A stretch of DNA of 64,000 nt. Source: an uncultured virus (IMG/VR IMGVR_UViG_3300025759_000060) (Duplodnaviria; Heunggongvirae; Uroviricota; Caudoviricetes). This document shows, piece by piece, positions 1 to 11,143 of this stretch (positions are counted from its first letter, which is position 1; the number at the start of each line of letters is the position of its first letter). The stretch lies in IMG/VR virus record IMGVR_UViG_3300025759_000060. One strand, written 5' to 3'. Below the pieces are notes generated by a model. That model worked only from the letters and a program-made list of their open reading frames with translations. It had not been told where the DNA came from and did not search any database. A program made the translations under genes and the position numbers.

Positions 1-3000
1 TTAAGTAGTAGATTAAAGTTATACGTTGACAGTGAAATAGCTAGCGGAAGTTATGATCTACTTCGAGCATCTTCTACTTCTTTCTTTATGGCATCTGGTA
101 ATAGTCCAATTGTAGCTGGTTTCTCTTCTGCTTCTGGCGTTGGTACTAATGTATTTGCAACAGACGTTGGTTTATCTTTCCACAATGCCAGCGGATCTAA
201 TATAACAGAATCTGGAATTAACTTGGACATGAAGCAAACGGAGGTTGAAGGCTTCTTTAGCGGTCATCGTGCAAAATTCTGGAATGCTGGAGAAAGTCAT
301 GTTTATGATAGATATAAACTTTGGAGTTTTGTTGATCAAAATACAAGCAAGTGGAAAATAGGAGAATTTAATTTTTGTATGTTTGATCAAAACTTTAGTA
401 GATTTAGTAAGAGGGTAGGCAGAGATTATATTCAATTTAAGCTATCGCATAGTGGATTTCCATATTATCAAACTACAAATTTAGCTTTACCTTCTGGTAG
501 TATACAAACATCTGGATTGGCATATCATAGTCAGTTAGAAAATGATATGTTGAGACTTGACATTGGTACTATTCCAGACGGAGATAGTCATAGGCTTTAT
601 TCTGCATCTCCTAGAATTTCAAAGAATTTCCCAAGAGGTTACAAGTTTGAAGAATCAGCATTTGTTGTAGATACTGTTATTCAAAGTCAAATTGATCAAG
701 AAGTAAATTGGAATGATGGCAATACTGGACCTAAACTAATTGTAAGTTTATACGCCCCTCAAAAAGACCCAACAACATATGTAGAGTCAAATTTTGGTCT
801 AGTAAATAGACATTATCATTATTTACCTTTTAACGGTTGCATGACGAAAATATCTAGTACTTTTGATTATAATGATTGGATAGATAAATCAGAACCTTGG
901 GCAGAGTTTAATTCTAGAACTGCTAGCACAGAGTTTGACCATAAGTTTTATTCTGACGACATTGATAAGATGTTTATTCAGTATGACATAGCATTTCCTT
1001 CTGGTGATAAGTTTACTTCTAACATCAAACTACATTCAATAAATTTAAATTTAGAAAATGTTTTAGCGTCTGGAGATGCAATTTCTTCTTCTGGCTTTGC
1101 GTTGTTTGCCAGCGGGAATACACTATCCTCTAACGCCTTAGAATTGTTTGTAGATTCTTTGGTTAATATATCTGGAGCGCAACCTTCTGGATTAACTCTA
1201 TACAGTTCTGGCGCGGCTATACCAACAGTATCTGGAGAATCACCAAGTGGTTTGTTAATGTCTACCCTTGCTTACGATCCTTCTACAGTTAGTCGTGCTT
1301 CTGGTATGTACTTATCTTTATTTTCTTCTGGAGATGCAACAATTGGATTTGATCCAAATTTGATTATTCATGAAGGAATGTATGGTATTGTTAATACTGA
1401 TTTTAATCCGGTTGTCAATCTCTTTACTGAGGGCGGTGCTTTTGGAGTTAAAGTTTTAGATGGCGCTCTTTCCATATCTACCTTTAACGACGGTATTCTA
1501 GATTCAACTAGTGGAGATTTGTTCCTATTTAATCAATCTGCTGGATTAGCCGATCCAATTTTAGATAGTGGAAGCATAACGATGTTTCTACATGGAGTTC
1601 CAGAATTAAATCCATTTATAGAATTGGTAGATACACTTCCGCTATATTTGGGTGGCGTGGATTTAAACATAACCTCCAGTAGTTCTCTAGACTTACGAAT
1701 TATAGGACAGCCAATTATTAATGGTATTAATAATGATATACATTTATTTACTACAAACTACAATGTTGCTCCGGGTGATTTAGGTCAAGAATTTATAAGC
1801 TGGACAAATGTAAATGCTGGCACAGGAATCTCAACTATTGAAAGTGATTATTCTTACTTAGAATCTAGCGATGAAATTCGCGGTGTAGATTTAACATGCT
1901 ATGGAGATTGTGAGTCAACGGATGAACCTTGTACTGATCCAGAAATTATTATTCATGGAAAGAATTTTGGACAAGATTGTGTTGACGGTGGAATATTTAG
2001 AGCTAAAAGATTATATACTAATCTTGCTACGAGTGGATTTAAAACTGACGTTGGATATAGCGGTAATTACTATGGTATTAGAAAATTTACTGGATTGATT
2101 CCTCATGCTCCATATGATATTCAAGTTTTTGGTAGAACAGCTGGAGAAGAAAGAAAAGAACTTCCAAGATCTTTATCTATTAATTATGGCACTAATGAAA
2201 ATGTTCATTTTTCAGGTATCAAATTAATTGCAGACGGAATACAGGGAGCTAGCGGTAATACTCCACCAAGCTCTACAACTCCAAGAAATGCATTTGATCA
2301 GTATGGAAAGTCTGTTTGCGTTGGTAAAAAGTATATGGTTGTTGGATCTCCTAAACACCATGTTTTTGATTATGACTCTAGAGATCTTGGAGAAGCTGGA
2401 ACTGTGTTTGTATATGAAAGAAATTCTGAACCAAGTGGATATGATTGGTCTAATCAAGATGATAAATCTGGTTTTTCTTTTGTTTCTGAGTTAACACTAC
2501 CAATTGGACTTAAAAGAGATTATGCTGTAGCCATAACAAGCAAAGACGACCCCCTTCAACCGCAGAGTGATAAAAAGTTACCTTTTCCTACAACTAGAGC
2601 TGAGTGGTACAACATAGGAGAAGGTAGAAATTTTGGATCATCTTTAGATATGTCTAATTCTGGTGAAAGTCCAACCATTGTTGTTGGCGCTCCAAACAGT
2701 GTATGGTCAAGAACATTTTCTGATCCAGTTCCAACTCCCATTGAGGTTGCGCTATTTGTATTCACCAGACCTTTTAAAGAATTTAAAAACGTAAAAAGAC
2801 AAGGCCGAGAAGCGGAGGAAACTGTGATTCCGGGTAAAAAAACGTATCGTGACATTTTACCTAGTATATCAGATGTAAACTTTTTATATAAATATTATTC
2901 TAATCCTGCTGTTTCTGTTAACTTAAAAGTTATTATAGTTGAGCCTAATTTAACCAGCGGTCCAGCTGGAGATCAAGACTTTATTGGTGGAACAGAGGAT

Positions 3001-6000
3001 GTGGCATTTAAGTTTAGTATTTCTAACCATGAGAGAGGTAAGTTTAGAGGTCAATCTCATACCACTCAGATGTTTCAACAACTACAAGAAATCTTCCACG
3101 GTCCTACAAGTGGGATATATCCACTTGATAGTAGCAAGATAAATAGTGGGATACCTGTGATTGTAGGAGCTTTAGTTGATGATAGTTTATCTATGGGTAA
3201 CGAAACCCTTGGAGAAAATGGAAATGACGCTGTAGATCAATTCTTTGATTGGTATAAAGAATACTCATTTGCTAGTGGCGTTACAAACTTTAGTAATGAA
3301 CCTTCAGCTGGTTCTACTTTTAGAACATCTACTGACTCGGGAGAAGATTGGATAGCACTTTCTATTAATCTTATTAAAACGGTATTTGACACTGGAAGAA
3401 TGGCTGCAAGTGAAGACTTTAAGTTATTTTCAACTAGTGTTGGAACTTTTAATAATAATACTGCTAGATTTAATATGCCACCACCAAGCGGTGGAGCCGT
3501 TTTTGTATACGAAGAAGAATTTAATGATGGAAAATTAGAATGGAATCCTATTCAAATTATAAATTCTCCAACAAAGTCTAAAGACGTATATGCAGATAGA
3601 TTTGGTCATGACGTTGCTATTAGTGACGACAAATCTACTATAGTTATTGGTTCTCCATACATAGACGAAGCTATAAGTATTTATGAAAGAAATCCATATA
3701 CTTTTGCTCATGAATATGTGGGCAATTGGATAAATAGGGTTGGTCCAAACGATAAACCATTTGGATACTTACGAGATAAGTACAGAAGATTTCAAGAACT
3801 TGTTCCAGCATTAGGACGCGGTGAGGCTCAAAAAGTTTTATTTAATGAGTTAAATGCCAGTGGTAAATTACAACTAAGAATAGATGAGGATATTAAGGCG
3901 TATGAATTAAATCAACGTTACACACATAGCGAGATGAAACCTACCATTCCCCCAGATTGGGAATTCTTATATAGCAAGTTTGCGCCTACTCCAAGATTGG
4001 GTTATTCTGTTGATACTAACTCAGATGGCTCTATTATAGCTGCTGGTGCGCCAACTGACAGCGTGCTAAATGAGGATAATGAATTCGTTGTATGGTGGAG
4101 ACCGGGAGCCACACACACAAGTCAATGGTTTTCAACCACAAATGCTGGATCTGTCACTGTGCTTGAGGGTAAAAAGTATTATGTTCATAAAAATAAAGCT
4201 GTAGAATATACTAGACTTGGTAATAAACATAGAATATTAAATGAAGAAGAGCAGGGTGCGGGTTTATTTGATCACATGACAGCTATTTATAGAGATGCTG
4301 GTATTGATTTTTCTATACTGCCAAATGACGAAGTAGATATTCCAAATGATGCAGGGTTGATGTTTATGATTACGCCAGCCATAGATGGTTTAAGCGATGA
4401 AATTGTAGAAAATATTCAAAATTGGTTAGGTCTTGGAGATAGACATTTAGTACTAGTTTCAGATGATCCAGTTTATGAAAATAGTGGAGTTTATGGAACT
4501 ACCAATAATATTGTTAATGAATTGCTTACAAGGCTTGATTCTAGAATTGAAGTTGTGCCAGCTAGGTCTGAATATGAATCACTAGTTGGATCTAACAGAA
4601 GAGATAATAGTCCATTTAATGAAATGGATCTTAATATAATACCATCATTTATTCCCGGTGGAACAACGTCATTCAGCTATCCCGGTATCAAGGAGAATAG
4701 CTTCAGTGGATTACGTGGATCTGGAGTTGCTGACATTAAGTTAAATTTCCCCGGTATTTATTCAGCTTATCATTGCGGCGAAAGAAGAAACAATCTTTTT
4801 GAAACAGATTTAGCTGGAAATGAAACAGGAGCTTTCCCATCATATCAAGAACTGAACGACAGGTGCGAAATGATTCCTCAACATGGGGGAGATCTTAGAG
4901 CAGAATGGATTGATTTTTGTGAAAATCCAATAGGATTAGGTATTATAACATTCCCAGTAAACTTGGCGATGGCATTTGGTACTCAAACAGAAGTAACCGT
5001 TGGTTGCTGTATAGAAGATTGCCCACCACCACCTACGGGACTCCCAAATAGGGAACCCATACCGCTACTAGTAGCGAATGAACATAGTCTAGAAGAGAAA
5101 ATTATACCAGCTATTCCAGAAAGAATTAAAGAAGTTGAGGTTGTTGTTGGATTTGAGACAAAAACAGGAGGGCCGTTCTTTTCAAAAGATTGTTTTGAAG
5201 AAGCACAGTTTTACTGGACAGCGGACAGTAATAATTATAAAGGCTTGAATACTAACCTTGGTTTTACGTCAAGTCCTAGCAAGTATATTACAGACAACGA
5301 ACTTGTAGCATCTAGAAGAAGTATTCTTAGATCTAAATCTCATTCTGAAGGCCAAGTTATAAATGAAAGAAATCCAATAGATCATTTTAATATTATCTCT
5401 AAAGAAAAATATAAAGATACAACATCTGAAGTATACATAATTAGTAATACTGACATGGAGCTTAGAGAATTTTTATTAAATTCAGAAGTTGACGATAAAA
5501 ATCTTTTAATATATAGATCCATATTAAAATCTGTTAATAATAGCGATGAGTTTTTGACAAGAATAGCACAGCTGGGTGGGTGGACAAATAGGACAGCATT
5601 TAAAGATGGTCGTGAAGATTCTTACCTAGAAGAACTACTTGGTTTCTTGCCACCAGATGTAGCTTACAATGTAGATGATTTAGAAAATCATATTTTAACT
5701 AGTACTTATGACGCTGCGTGGATTGCCAATACTGACCAAATCATACCAAGTGATGACTTAAATGTATTGAAAGCTTGGCTATCACGGGGCGATAGAAAGT
5801 TATTTATAACTTGCGGTAGAAAAGATTCCTCTAGTGATAATCAAACAATTACAGATCAAGGCATTCCATTAGAAAATGTAGAAGCTTTAGAGTCTTTAGC
5901 TGCTGGCTTAGAATTGAATATGAGGCCATTAAGACTGCCAGTAAAAAACAAAGTAGCTTCTATGATAGATTTCTTTCCAGACATTGAAGCAAGATTTGAA

Positions 6001-9000
6001 ACATTTGGAGAATTAAATGATCAAATGAGAGATTTTGGTTTTGGTCAAGAAGATTTCAATGCTGGGGCTTCAGCTACATTTGCAATTCCTGCATTTAATT
6101 CTTTATCAATATCTGGTGGCGAAAGAATATTTGGCACTAATGATTCTGGCTCAACAAGACCGGCTCGACGCGCAAACAAATTAACTGATGATAAGTTCAT
6201 AATTGTTGGTGTTCCTTACTTCAAAACAGGCGTAACAAAAGTAACGTTCCCAGTTCTTCCGGGTTCAGGATATAGAGTATTTTTTGATACAATGTCCGCA
6301 ACTCCAGATGAAAAATCTTCATTTGAATATACTTTTTCAAATTGTAATAAAAAGGCCGGGGTGTTATCTAGTGGTACGTTAAAGAATATTGAAGATATAA
6401 TTCACATGCCTAGTGATGAAAGTCATAACAAAGTTAAATCCATTGATAAAGCTTTTGTTGGATTTGAGTTAGCTAAAGACGATAAGGGAGGTTCAAGATT
6501 AGATGCAGAAAATGGTGAAAAACTAAACCCCTTCGAGTTCAACTATAAAGGCGATGTAAATACTGAAAGCATAAATCTTTATGTACCTAGTGGTGACGGT
6601 AAAGACCATGACAATGTTAATACGATTGATGAAATTAGTATATACATAAATTCTAATTATATTAATTATCCAACTGGTGACTATGACAAATTACCCAAAA
6701 CGCAAAGATTAATTGGTATATCTGGATGTTTAGTTCCTTTCAGTTTTGAAGATGAACTAGTACCAGTGATGGGTATTCAAGAAGAAGTTATTCCAGCAGT
6801 TCCAGAACAAAGATTAATGATTCAAGAGACAAGACCTATTAGTACAAGCAGTCACAAGTACTGCCCTACTGATGAATGCAAAGAAATATTTACTAGTAGA
6901 GATCCTACTAATGTAATTGCAGACGGTCCAGTTGTTGCAGCTCAAGAAATTTATTTCCAAAAGCCATTTGATGTTGGCATGAACAGATCTAGAATTACAG
7001 TGCTTACAGACGCAAGTATGATACAGGGTCGTAGAATTGCAGACGAGGGCGGTGTAATTGATGAAAATGTTATAAGATTTTTACAAACCCTATATCCAAC
7101 TACTTTTTTCCCCAAACAAATAGATGAGCTGTTGGACGATGAAGACATGGAAAGAGAATTTAAAGTCTATGACGTTATTACTAAAATTACTGCACCAGTT
7201 AAAGGTAGTCCTCAAAAGTTCTTTAATTCTACTGGAAACTCTGGACAAATGATTAGATTTGCTGGAGATGGAACTCCTGCAACATCTGGTAGAGCTATGA
7301 CTTTCTTCTCTGATGATGTAGATCCAACCACTATTAATAATCATGGCTTTTTAAAATCACCTCTTCCAATGCAGATTGGAAAGGGCGCTCAAAAATTAAC
7401 ACCAAGAGATCCTCCATATCCAAATGAAGAGCAAGTTGATCAAATGAAACTAGGTGCAATTGAAGCATTCTCGTCTGCTCAGTATAGTTACGGTGGAACT
7501 GCTAAGTTTAGTGGAGTCATAGATGGAAAAATGTATCAAGATGCATATTACGGAGAGTTTCCACAAATTATTGGGGAAAAAGGCTATGACTATTTAGACT
7601 TTGATAAATTACCTTCTGGATATCCGGGTGATTTATTTGGTTATTCAGTTGCAATACAAGATAAAACTATTGCCATTGGTTCGCCCTTTGCGGCTTTCTC
7701 GTCAGAAACTCCTACTACTTGGTCTTATGTTTCTGGGGTTACTGTTAAAAATGAACAAGCCTCTGGAACAGTGCTTGGTTATGGCGGTGGTGCTGGATCT
7801 GTATTCCTTTACGGAAAGGGTGAACGCACTCTTTCAGAGTATGGTGTTGTCGGAGGATTTAAAGGTTGGGAACTCCTTAAGAAATTTAGACCTCAAAGTA
7901 TTAATGTTGGTCAAAACTTATGCTTAAACGGAATAAATGAAACTGCAATTTCACAAAATGTAACTAGACTTGGACCTAATAATTATAAAATAGCTGACCT
8001 TAGAGATAACTCTTTTGTTACGGATCAGTTTGGAGCTTCCGTTGATATTCACAGCGACACGATTGTAATAGGTGCGCCGGGACATGATTTCCCCAGCTTA
8101 GAACAAATGGAATTTGAAAGGGGTGGAGAAGCTAGCGGTGCATTTAATTATAAAGAATTTAATGTATCAATAGATATTCCTTTAAGAACTGTTTATGATG
8201 TGGGTGAGTCTGGTTTAAGACATCAACTTAGCTTAAGCGGTAGTGGAACAACCGCTGTGCTAAATAATGGTGCGGCTTACGTTTACGAAATTATAAATGA
8301 TGATTGGGAAGAAAGAACCAAGAGTTTTTCTTTTGTTCAAAAAATTGTACCAAAGGGTTATTTCTCCAGAGTACAAAAAGATTACGAAGGGATGCTAGTA
8401 GAAACTGCTGTTAGTGGTTCTGAAAATGATTACTACGGCAGATCTGTTTCTGTTTATCAAGCCAATAGAGCAGATAGTAATTATAGTATAGCCGTTGGCG
8501 CTCCTGCTCATATGTGCGCCACTAGCGGAGATCACTCTTCGTTTGCTTCTGGGGTTAATACTGGAGCTGTTTACATATCTGATGGAATGCTAAGAAAACC
8601 TAGTTCTACTCTACCAAGTCCAGATGCTTCTATTTTTGCTACAGTTTACGCAAATTCTGGAATTGATAGATCTGATCCAAATGGAGATTATATATCATTA
8701 CACTTTACAAATAATGGTGTTTATGATCATATATTTAAATCTAATGGTAGATTATATACTAATGAAGATGGAGAGATATTCTTAGAGGCTTCTGGTCGAG
8801 ATCCCGCAGATAGAAGCTTTACCGCCCATAGACCTTTAATACAAGAAATTACTGGAAAGTACGTACATGGAACTCCAGAAAAAAACTCAATTAGATTATT
8901 TGCTAGTGGTCAGGGTCCAATGGTTAGTGGGTCTTTACCTCTTTATAATCAGGCTAAAGGCTCGGCAATCGTGTATAATAATTTAGGATTATATGCTAGT

Positions 9001-9078
9001 GCTTCGACGGGCAGTATTTCAGGCGTTTTTGAAGGTTCTGGTTTGACGCTATATTCTTCAGGCGTACTTGGTTCATAG
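1..9078 (+). CDS. Giant virion/tail adhesin-like protein (5'-partial) with 7 FG-GAP-like beta-propeller repeats and inserted domains
   Basis: The frame is open from base 1 (LSSRLKLYVD..., LamG-like), so ATG 88 is internal. Repeats include FGSSLDMS..IVVGAP, FGHDVAIS..IVIGSP, LGYSVD..AAGAP, FGYSVAI..IAIGSP and FGASVDI..IVIGAP. Confidence 0.7.
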   Translation, partial: LSSRLKLYVDSEIASGSYDLLRASSTSFFMASGNSPIVAGFSSASGVGTNVFATDVGLSFHNASGSNITESGINLDMKQTEVEGFFSGHRAKFWNAGESHVYDRYKLWSFVDQNTSKWKIGEFNFCMFDQNFSRFSKRVGRDYIQFKLSHSGFPYYQTTNLALPSGSIQTSGLAYHSQLENDMLRLDIGTIPDGDSHRLYSASPRISKNFPRGYKFEESAFVVDTVIQSQIDQEVNWNDGNTGPKLIVSLYAPQKDPTTYVESNFGLVNRHYHYLPFNGCMTKISSTFDYNDWIDKSEPWAEFNSRTASTEFDHKFYSDDIDKMFIQYDIAFPSGDKFTSNIKLHSINLNLENVLASGDAISSSGFALFASGNTLSSNALELFVDSLVNISGAQPSGLTLYSSGAAIPTVSGESPSGLLMSTLAYDPSTVSRASGMYLSLFSSGDATIGFDPNLIIHEGMYGIVNTDFNPVVNLFTEGGAFGVKVLDGALSISTFNDGILDSTSGDLFLFNQSAGLADPILDSGSITMFLHGVPELNPFIELVDTLPLYLGGVDLNITSSSSLDLRIIGQPIINGINNDIHLFTTNYNVAPGDLGQEFISWTNVNAGTGISTIESDYSYLESSDEIRGVDLTCYGDCESTDEPCTDPEIIIHGKNFGQDCVDGGIFRAKRLYTNLATSGFKTDVGYSGNYYGIRKFTGLIPHAPYDIQVFGRTAGEERKELPRSLSINYGTNENVHFSGIKLIADGIQGASGNTPPSSTTPRNAFDQYGKSVCVGKKYMVVGSPKHHVFDYDSRDLGEAGTVFVYERNSEPSGYDWSNQDDKSGFSFVSELTLPIGLKRDYAVAITSKDDPLQPQSDKKLPFPTTRAEWYNIGEGRNFGSSLDMSNSGESPTIVVGAPNSVWSRTFSDPVPTPIEVALFVFTRPFKEFKNVKRQGREAEETVIPGKKTYRDILPSISDVNFLYKYYSNPAVSVNLKVIIVEPNLTSGPAGDQDFIGGTEDVAFKFSISNHERGKFRGQSHTTQMFQQLQEIFHGPTSGIYPLDSSKINSGIPVIVGALVDDSLSMGNETLGENGNDAVDQFFDWYKEYSFASGVTNFSNEPSAGSTFRTSTDSGEDWIALSINLIKTVFDTGRMAASEDFKLFSTSVGTFNNNTARFNMPPPSGGAVFVYEEEFNDGKLEWNPIQIINSPTKSKDVYADRFGHDVAISDDKSTIVIGSPYIDEAISIYERNPYTFAHEYVGNWINRVGPNDKPFGYLRDKYRRFQELVPALGRGEAQKVLFNELNASGKLQLRIDEDIKAYELNQRYTHSEMKPTIPPDWEFLYSKFAPTPRLGYSVDTNSDGSIIAAGAPTDSVLNEDNEFVVWWRPGATHTSQWFSTTNAGSVTVLEGKKYYVHKNKAVEYTRLGNKHRILNEEEQGAGLFDHMTAIYRDAGIDFSILPNDEVDIPNDAGLMFMITPAIDGLSDEIVENIQNWLGLGDRHLVLVSDDPVYENSGVYGTTNNIVNELLTRLDSRIEVVPARSEYESLVGSNRRDNSPFNEMDLNIIPSFIPGGTTSFSYPGIKENSFSGLRGSGVADIKLNFPGIYSAYHCGERRNNLFETDLAGNETGAFPSYQELNDRCEMIPQHGGDLRAEWIDFCENPIGLGIITFPVNLAMAFGTQTEVTVGCCIEDCPPPPTGLPNREPIPLLVANEHSLEEKIIPAIPERIKEVEVVVGFETKTGGPFFSKDCFEEAQFYWTADSNNYKGLNTNLGFTSSPSKYITDNELVASRRSILRSKSHSEGQVINERNPIDHFNIISKEKYKDTTSEVYIISNTDMELREFLLNSEVDDKNLLIYRSILKSVNNSDEFLTRIAQLGGWTNRTAFKDGREDSYLEELLGFLPPDVAYNVDDLENHILTSTYDAAWIANTDQIIPSDDLNVLKAWLSRGDRKLFITCGRKDSSSDNQTITDQGIPLENVEALESLAAGLELNMRPLRLPVKNKVASMIDFFPDIEARFETFGELNDQMRDFGFGQEDFNAGASATFAIPAFNSLSISGGERIFGTNDSGSTRPARRANKLTDDKFIIVGVPYFKTGVTKVTFPVLPGSGYRVFFDTMSATPDEKSSFEYTFSNCNKKAGVLSSGTLKNIEDIIHMPSDESHNKVKSIDKAFVGFELAKDDKGGSRLDAENGEKLNPFEFNYKGDVNTESINLYVPSGDGKDHDNVNTIDEISIYINSNYINYPTGDYDKLPKTQRLIGISGCLVPFSFEDELVPVMGIQEEVIPAVPEQRLMIQETRPISTSSHKYCPTDECKEIFTSRDPTNVIADGPVVAAQEIYFQKPFDVGMNRSRITVLTDASMIQGRRIADEGGVIDENVIRFLQTLYPTTFFPKQIDELLDDEDMEREFKVYDVITKITAPVKGSPQKFFNSTGNSGQMIRFAGDGTPATSGRAMTFFSDDVDPTTINNHGFLKSPLPMQIGKGAQKLTPRDPPYPNEEQVDQMKLGAIEAFSSAQYSYGGTAKFSGVIDGKMYQDAYYGEFPQIIGEKGYDYLDFDKLPSGYPGDLFGYSVAIQDKTIAIGSPFAAFSSETPTTWSYVSGVTVKNEQASGTVLGYGGGAGSVFLYGKGERTLSEYGVVGGFKGWELLKKFRPQSINVGQNLCLNGINETAISQNVTRLGPNNYKIADLRDNSFVTDQFGASVDIHSDTIVIGAPGHDFPSLEQMEFERGGEASGAFNYKEFNVSIDIPLRTVYDVGESGLRHQLSLSGSGTTAVLNNGAAYVYEIINDDWEERTKSFSFVQKIVPKGYFSRVQKDYEGMLVETAVSGSENDYYGRSVSVYQANRADSNYSIAVGAPAHMCATSGDHSSFASGVNTGAVYISDGMLRKPSSTLPSPDASIFATVYANSGIDRSDPNGDYISLHFTNNGVYDHIFKSNGRLYTNEDGEIFLEASGRDPADRSFTAHRPLIQEITGKYVHGTPEKNSIRLFASGQGPMVSGSLPLYNQAKGSAIVYNNLGLYASASTGSISGVFEGSGLTLYSSGVLGS

Positions 9079-9095
9079 CATAAAGGGAAAATAAA

Positions 9096-10634
9096 ATGTT
9101 AAAAGTTTATTATAATACAGATGCTCCTTCTTACATCAGGCCAGTTCCACTTGTTTCTATAGCCGAAACCCCCGTCAGGAATAAATCTGGAAAGTTTAGC
9201 ACCCAGTATACCATTACTTTAAATGGTACATTAATCTCTCATACTGGTTCTCCGGTATATGATCCTGAAGATGACTTTACTGGCAATGGCCCTAATGATC
9301 ATTTTGCTACAAGCAGCGCATTGCCAGCTAGCTATTCAGTACCTTCTGCAAAGCATTCTGAATCTATATTTAGTAAACAGAAAGACATTAGAGAATTATT
9401 TAGGAAAGATTACCAAAAAATTGAAATATGTGGATATGATGGAACTGTTATTCACACGTCTTATCCTGTAGTAGAATCTATTAATTTTGAAGAAGGCACA
9501 TATGTTGATACCTGTAATTTTACTGTTACTCTTACTGCTTATAACTTAAGTAGCGGAGAATTTATATCAGGTAGTCCTTCTGCTTCTGGAATAGAAGATT
9601 TTAGTGATAGTTGGTCAATAGAGTCAGAAGACATTTTTGGTCAACACGCAATCCCAAAAGCTTATAGGCTTACTAGAAATATTTCTGCAACAGCAGTAGT
9701 CAATAGTAGTGGAAATTCTTGGGAGTTTGCTAAAAATTATTTATTTGATGTAAAGGGTGTTAGCCAAACAGCTAGCAGTGGATATCCAGATCCTGACGGA
9801 TTCGCTTCAGGTTCAATCAACATACCCCATTCATATTCGGGAGTTGATTTTTCTCGAACAGAAAGTATAGACGTTACAGCTGGAAGCTATTCACTATCCG
9901 ACACTTGGCTATTGGTGGAATCTGGAAAACCTGCTATTGAAAATTCTAACATTTCCATTCAGGCTGGAACTGATACTCCTTTTACGACAGTTAGTATTGA
10001 TGGCACTATAAAAGGAGTAAATACTAGTGGTGGTGGTAATAATAATGCACTTACCAATGCTAAAGATAAATATTTAGCTTTATCTAATAGTGGCCTTTTT
10101 GGTGTTGGATGTGATATATACAAAAGAGTAAATAATAGAGTTGCTCATAATTTAAATTCACAGCCCACTACGATAAGTCTTGCATTAAATGAGGGTGCTG
10201 GAGAAATTACCTATAATTTAGAATTTAATAATAGACCTGTAAATTTGTTTACGGGAGTTGTGTCCGAGACAATTAATATTAGTGACACTTACCCCGGAGA
10301 TACTTTTGCTGTTGTTCCAATTTTAGGTAGAACTACTGGTCCATTGTTACAATATACCGGAAGTAGAACAGAATATAGAAGAGATGTTGGAATTGAAATA
10401 ATTTTGGACTCTAGCGACATTGGATATGGAGACACTAGGGGTGATTTAATTTTAAGAAAACCAAGCGTCAATGAACCAATAAGAACTGAGCTTACAAACC
10501 TAATAAAAACAGTTAGTCCAGCTAGTGAGTATGGAATTAGATCATACTTTCTTGACCCTCCCACAGAAAGCTGGAACCCAAAAACTGGTAGTTATAGTTT
10601 AAATCTTAGTTGGACTTATGAGTTAGATAAATAA
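9096..10634 (+). CDS. Putative virion structural (tail/baseplate) protein
   Basis: 512-aa S/T/G-rich, beta-strand-rich ORF with AAGGGA RBS, in the structural block. Confidence 0.55.
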   Translation: MLKVYYNTDAPSYIRPVPLVSIAETPVRNKSGKFSTQYTITLNGTLISHTGSPVYDPEDDFTGNGPNDHFATSSALPASYSVPSAKHSESIFSKQKDIRELFRKDYQKIEICGYDGTVIHTSYPVVESINFEEGTYVDTCNFTVTLTAYNLSSGEFISGSPSASGIEDFSDSWSIESEDIFGQHAIPKAYRLTRNISATAVVNSSGNSWEFAKNYLFDVKGVSQTASSGYPDPDGFASGSINIPHSYSGVDFSRTESIDVTAGSYSLSDTWLLVESGKPAIENSNISIQAGTDTPFTTVSIDGTIKGVNTSGGGNNNALTNAKDKYLALSNSGLFGVGCDIYKRVNNRVAHNLNSQPTTISLALNEGAGEITYNLEFNNRPVNLFTGVVSETINISDTYPGDTFAVVPILGRTTGPLLQYTGSRTEYRRDVGIEIILDSSDIGYGDTRGDLILRKPSVNEPIRTELTNLIKTVSPASEYGIRSYFLDPPTESWNPKTGSYSLNLSWTYELDK

Positions 10635-11143
10635 TGGCATATACTAGACTAAAAGATAGCGAAAAACAATTAAAAGGAATAGAGGTATTTCCTTCTGGAG
10701 AAGGTCTATTCTTTGACGATGCAAAACAGAGCGTTAATAGTCGTTATAATCGCGGCTTAGGGGGCGGTCTTAATAATAAAAATTCTTATAATACTGGCGA
10801 AATGCCAAGCGGTTTGCATTATGGTAAACCAAATAGTGTTCAAGATGCAGATGCTTTTACGGAAACGTTTGAACAAAGTGGAGCTTTTGTTGCCGCCAAC
10901 GGATTATTATTTGATGGCATTATTTCAGATGATGATCACGCTGGTAAGGAAATAAACTATTTGTCTAACTCTCAAGACCGCGAAGTTGCTAAGTTTAAGC
11001 AAATAAATTCATATATTCATTACGTTCCTAATGCGGCTGGAGGGGTAGGAGAATTAGATCAAAGCGCTTTTTATTATGGGTATAACCCCCTAGCTGGAAC
11101 GCCTGTTACTGCTAAATTTTATAGATACGGAAAACCAACATGA
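10634..11143 (+). CDS. Hypothetical virion-associated protein
   Basis: 169 aa, coupled to both neighbours (TAATG and ATGA overlaps). Confidence 0.5.
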   Translation: MAYTRLKDSEKQLKGIEVFPSGEGLFFDDAKQSVNSRYNRGLGGGLNNKNSYNTGEMPSGLHYGKPNSVQDADAFTETFEQSGAFVAANGLLFDGIISDDDHAGKEINYLSNSQDREVAKFKQINSYIHYVPNAAGGVGELDQSAFYYGYNPLAGTPVTAKFYRYGKPT

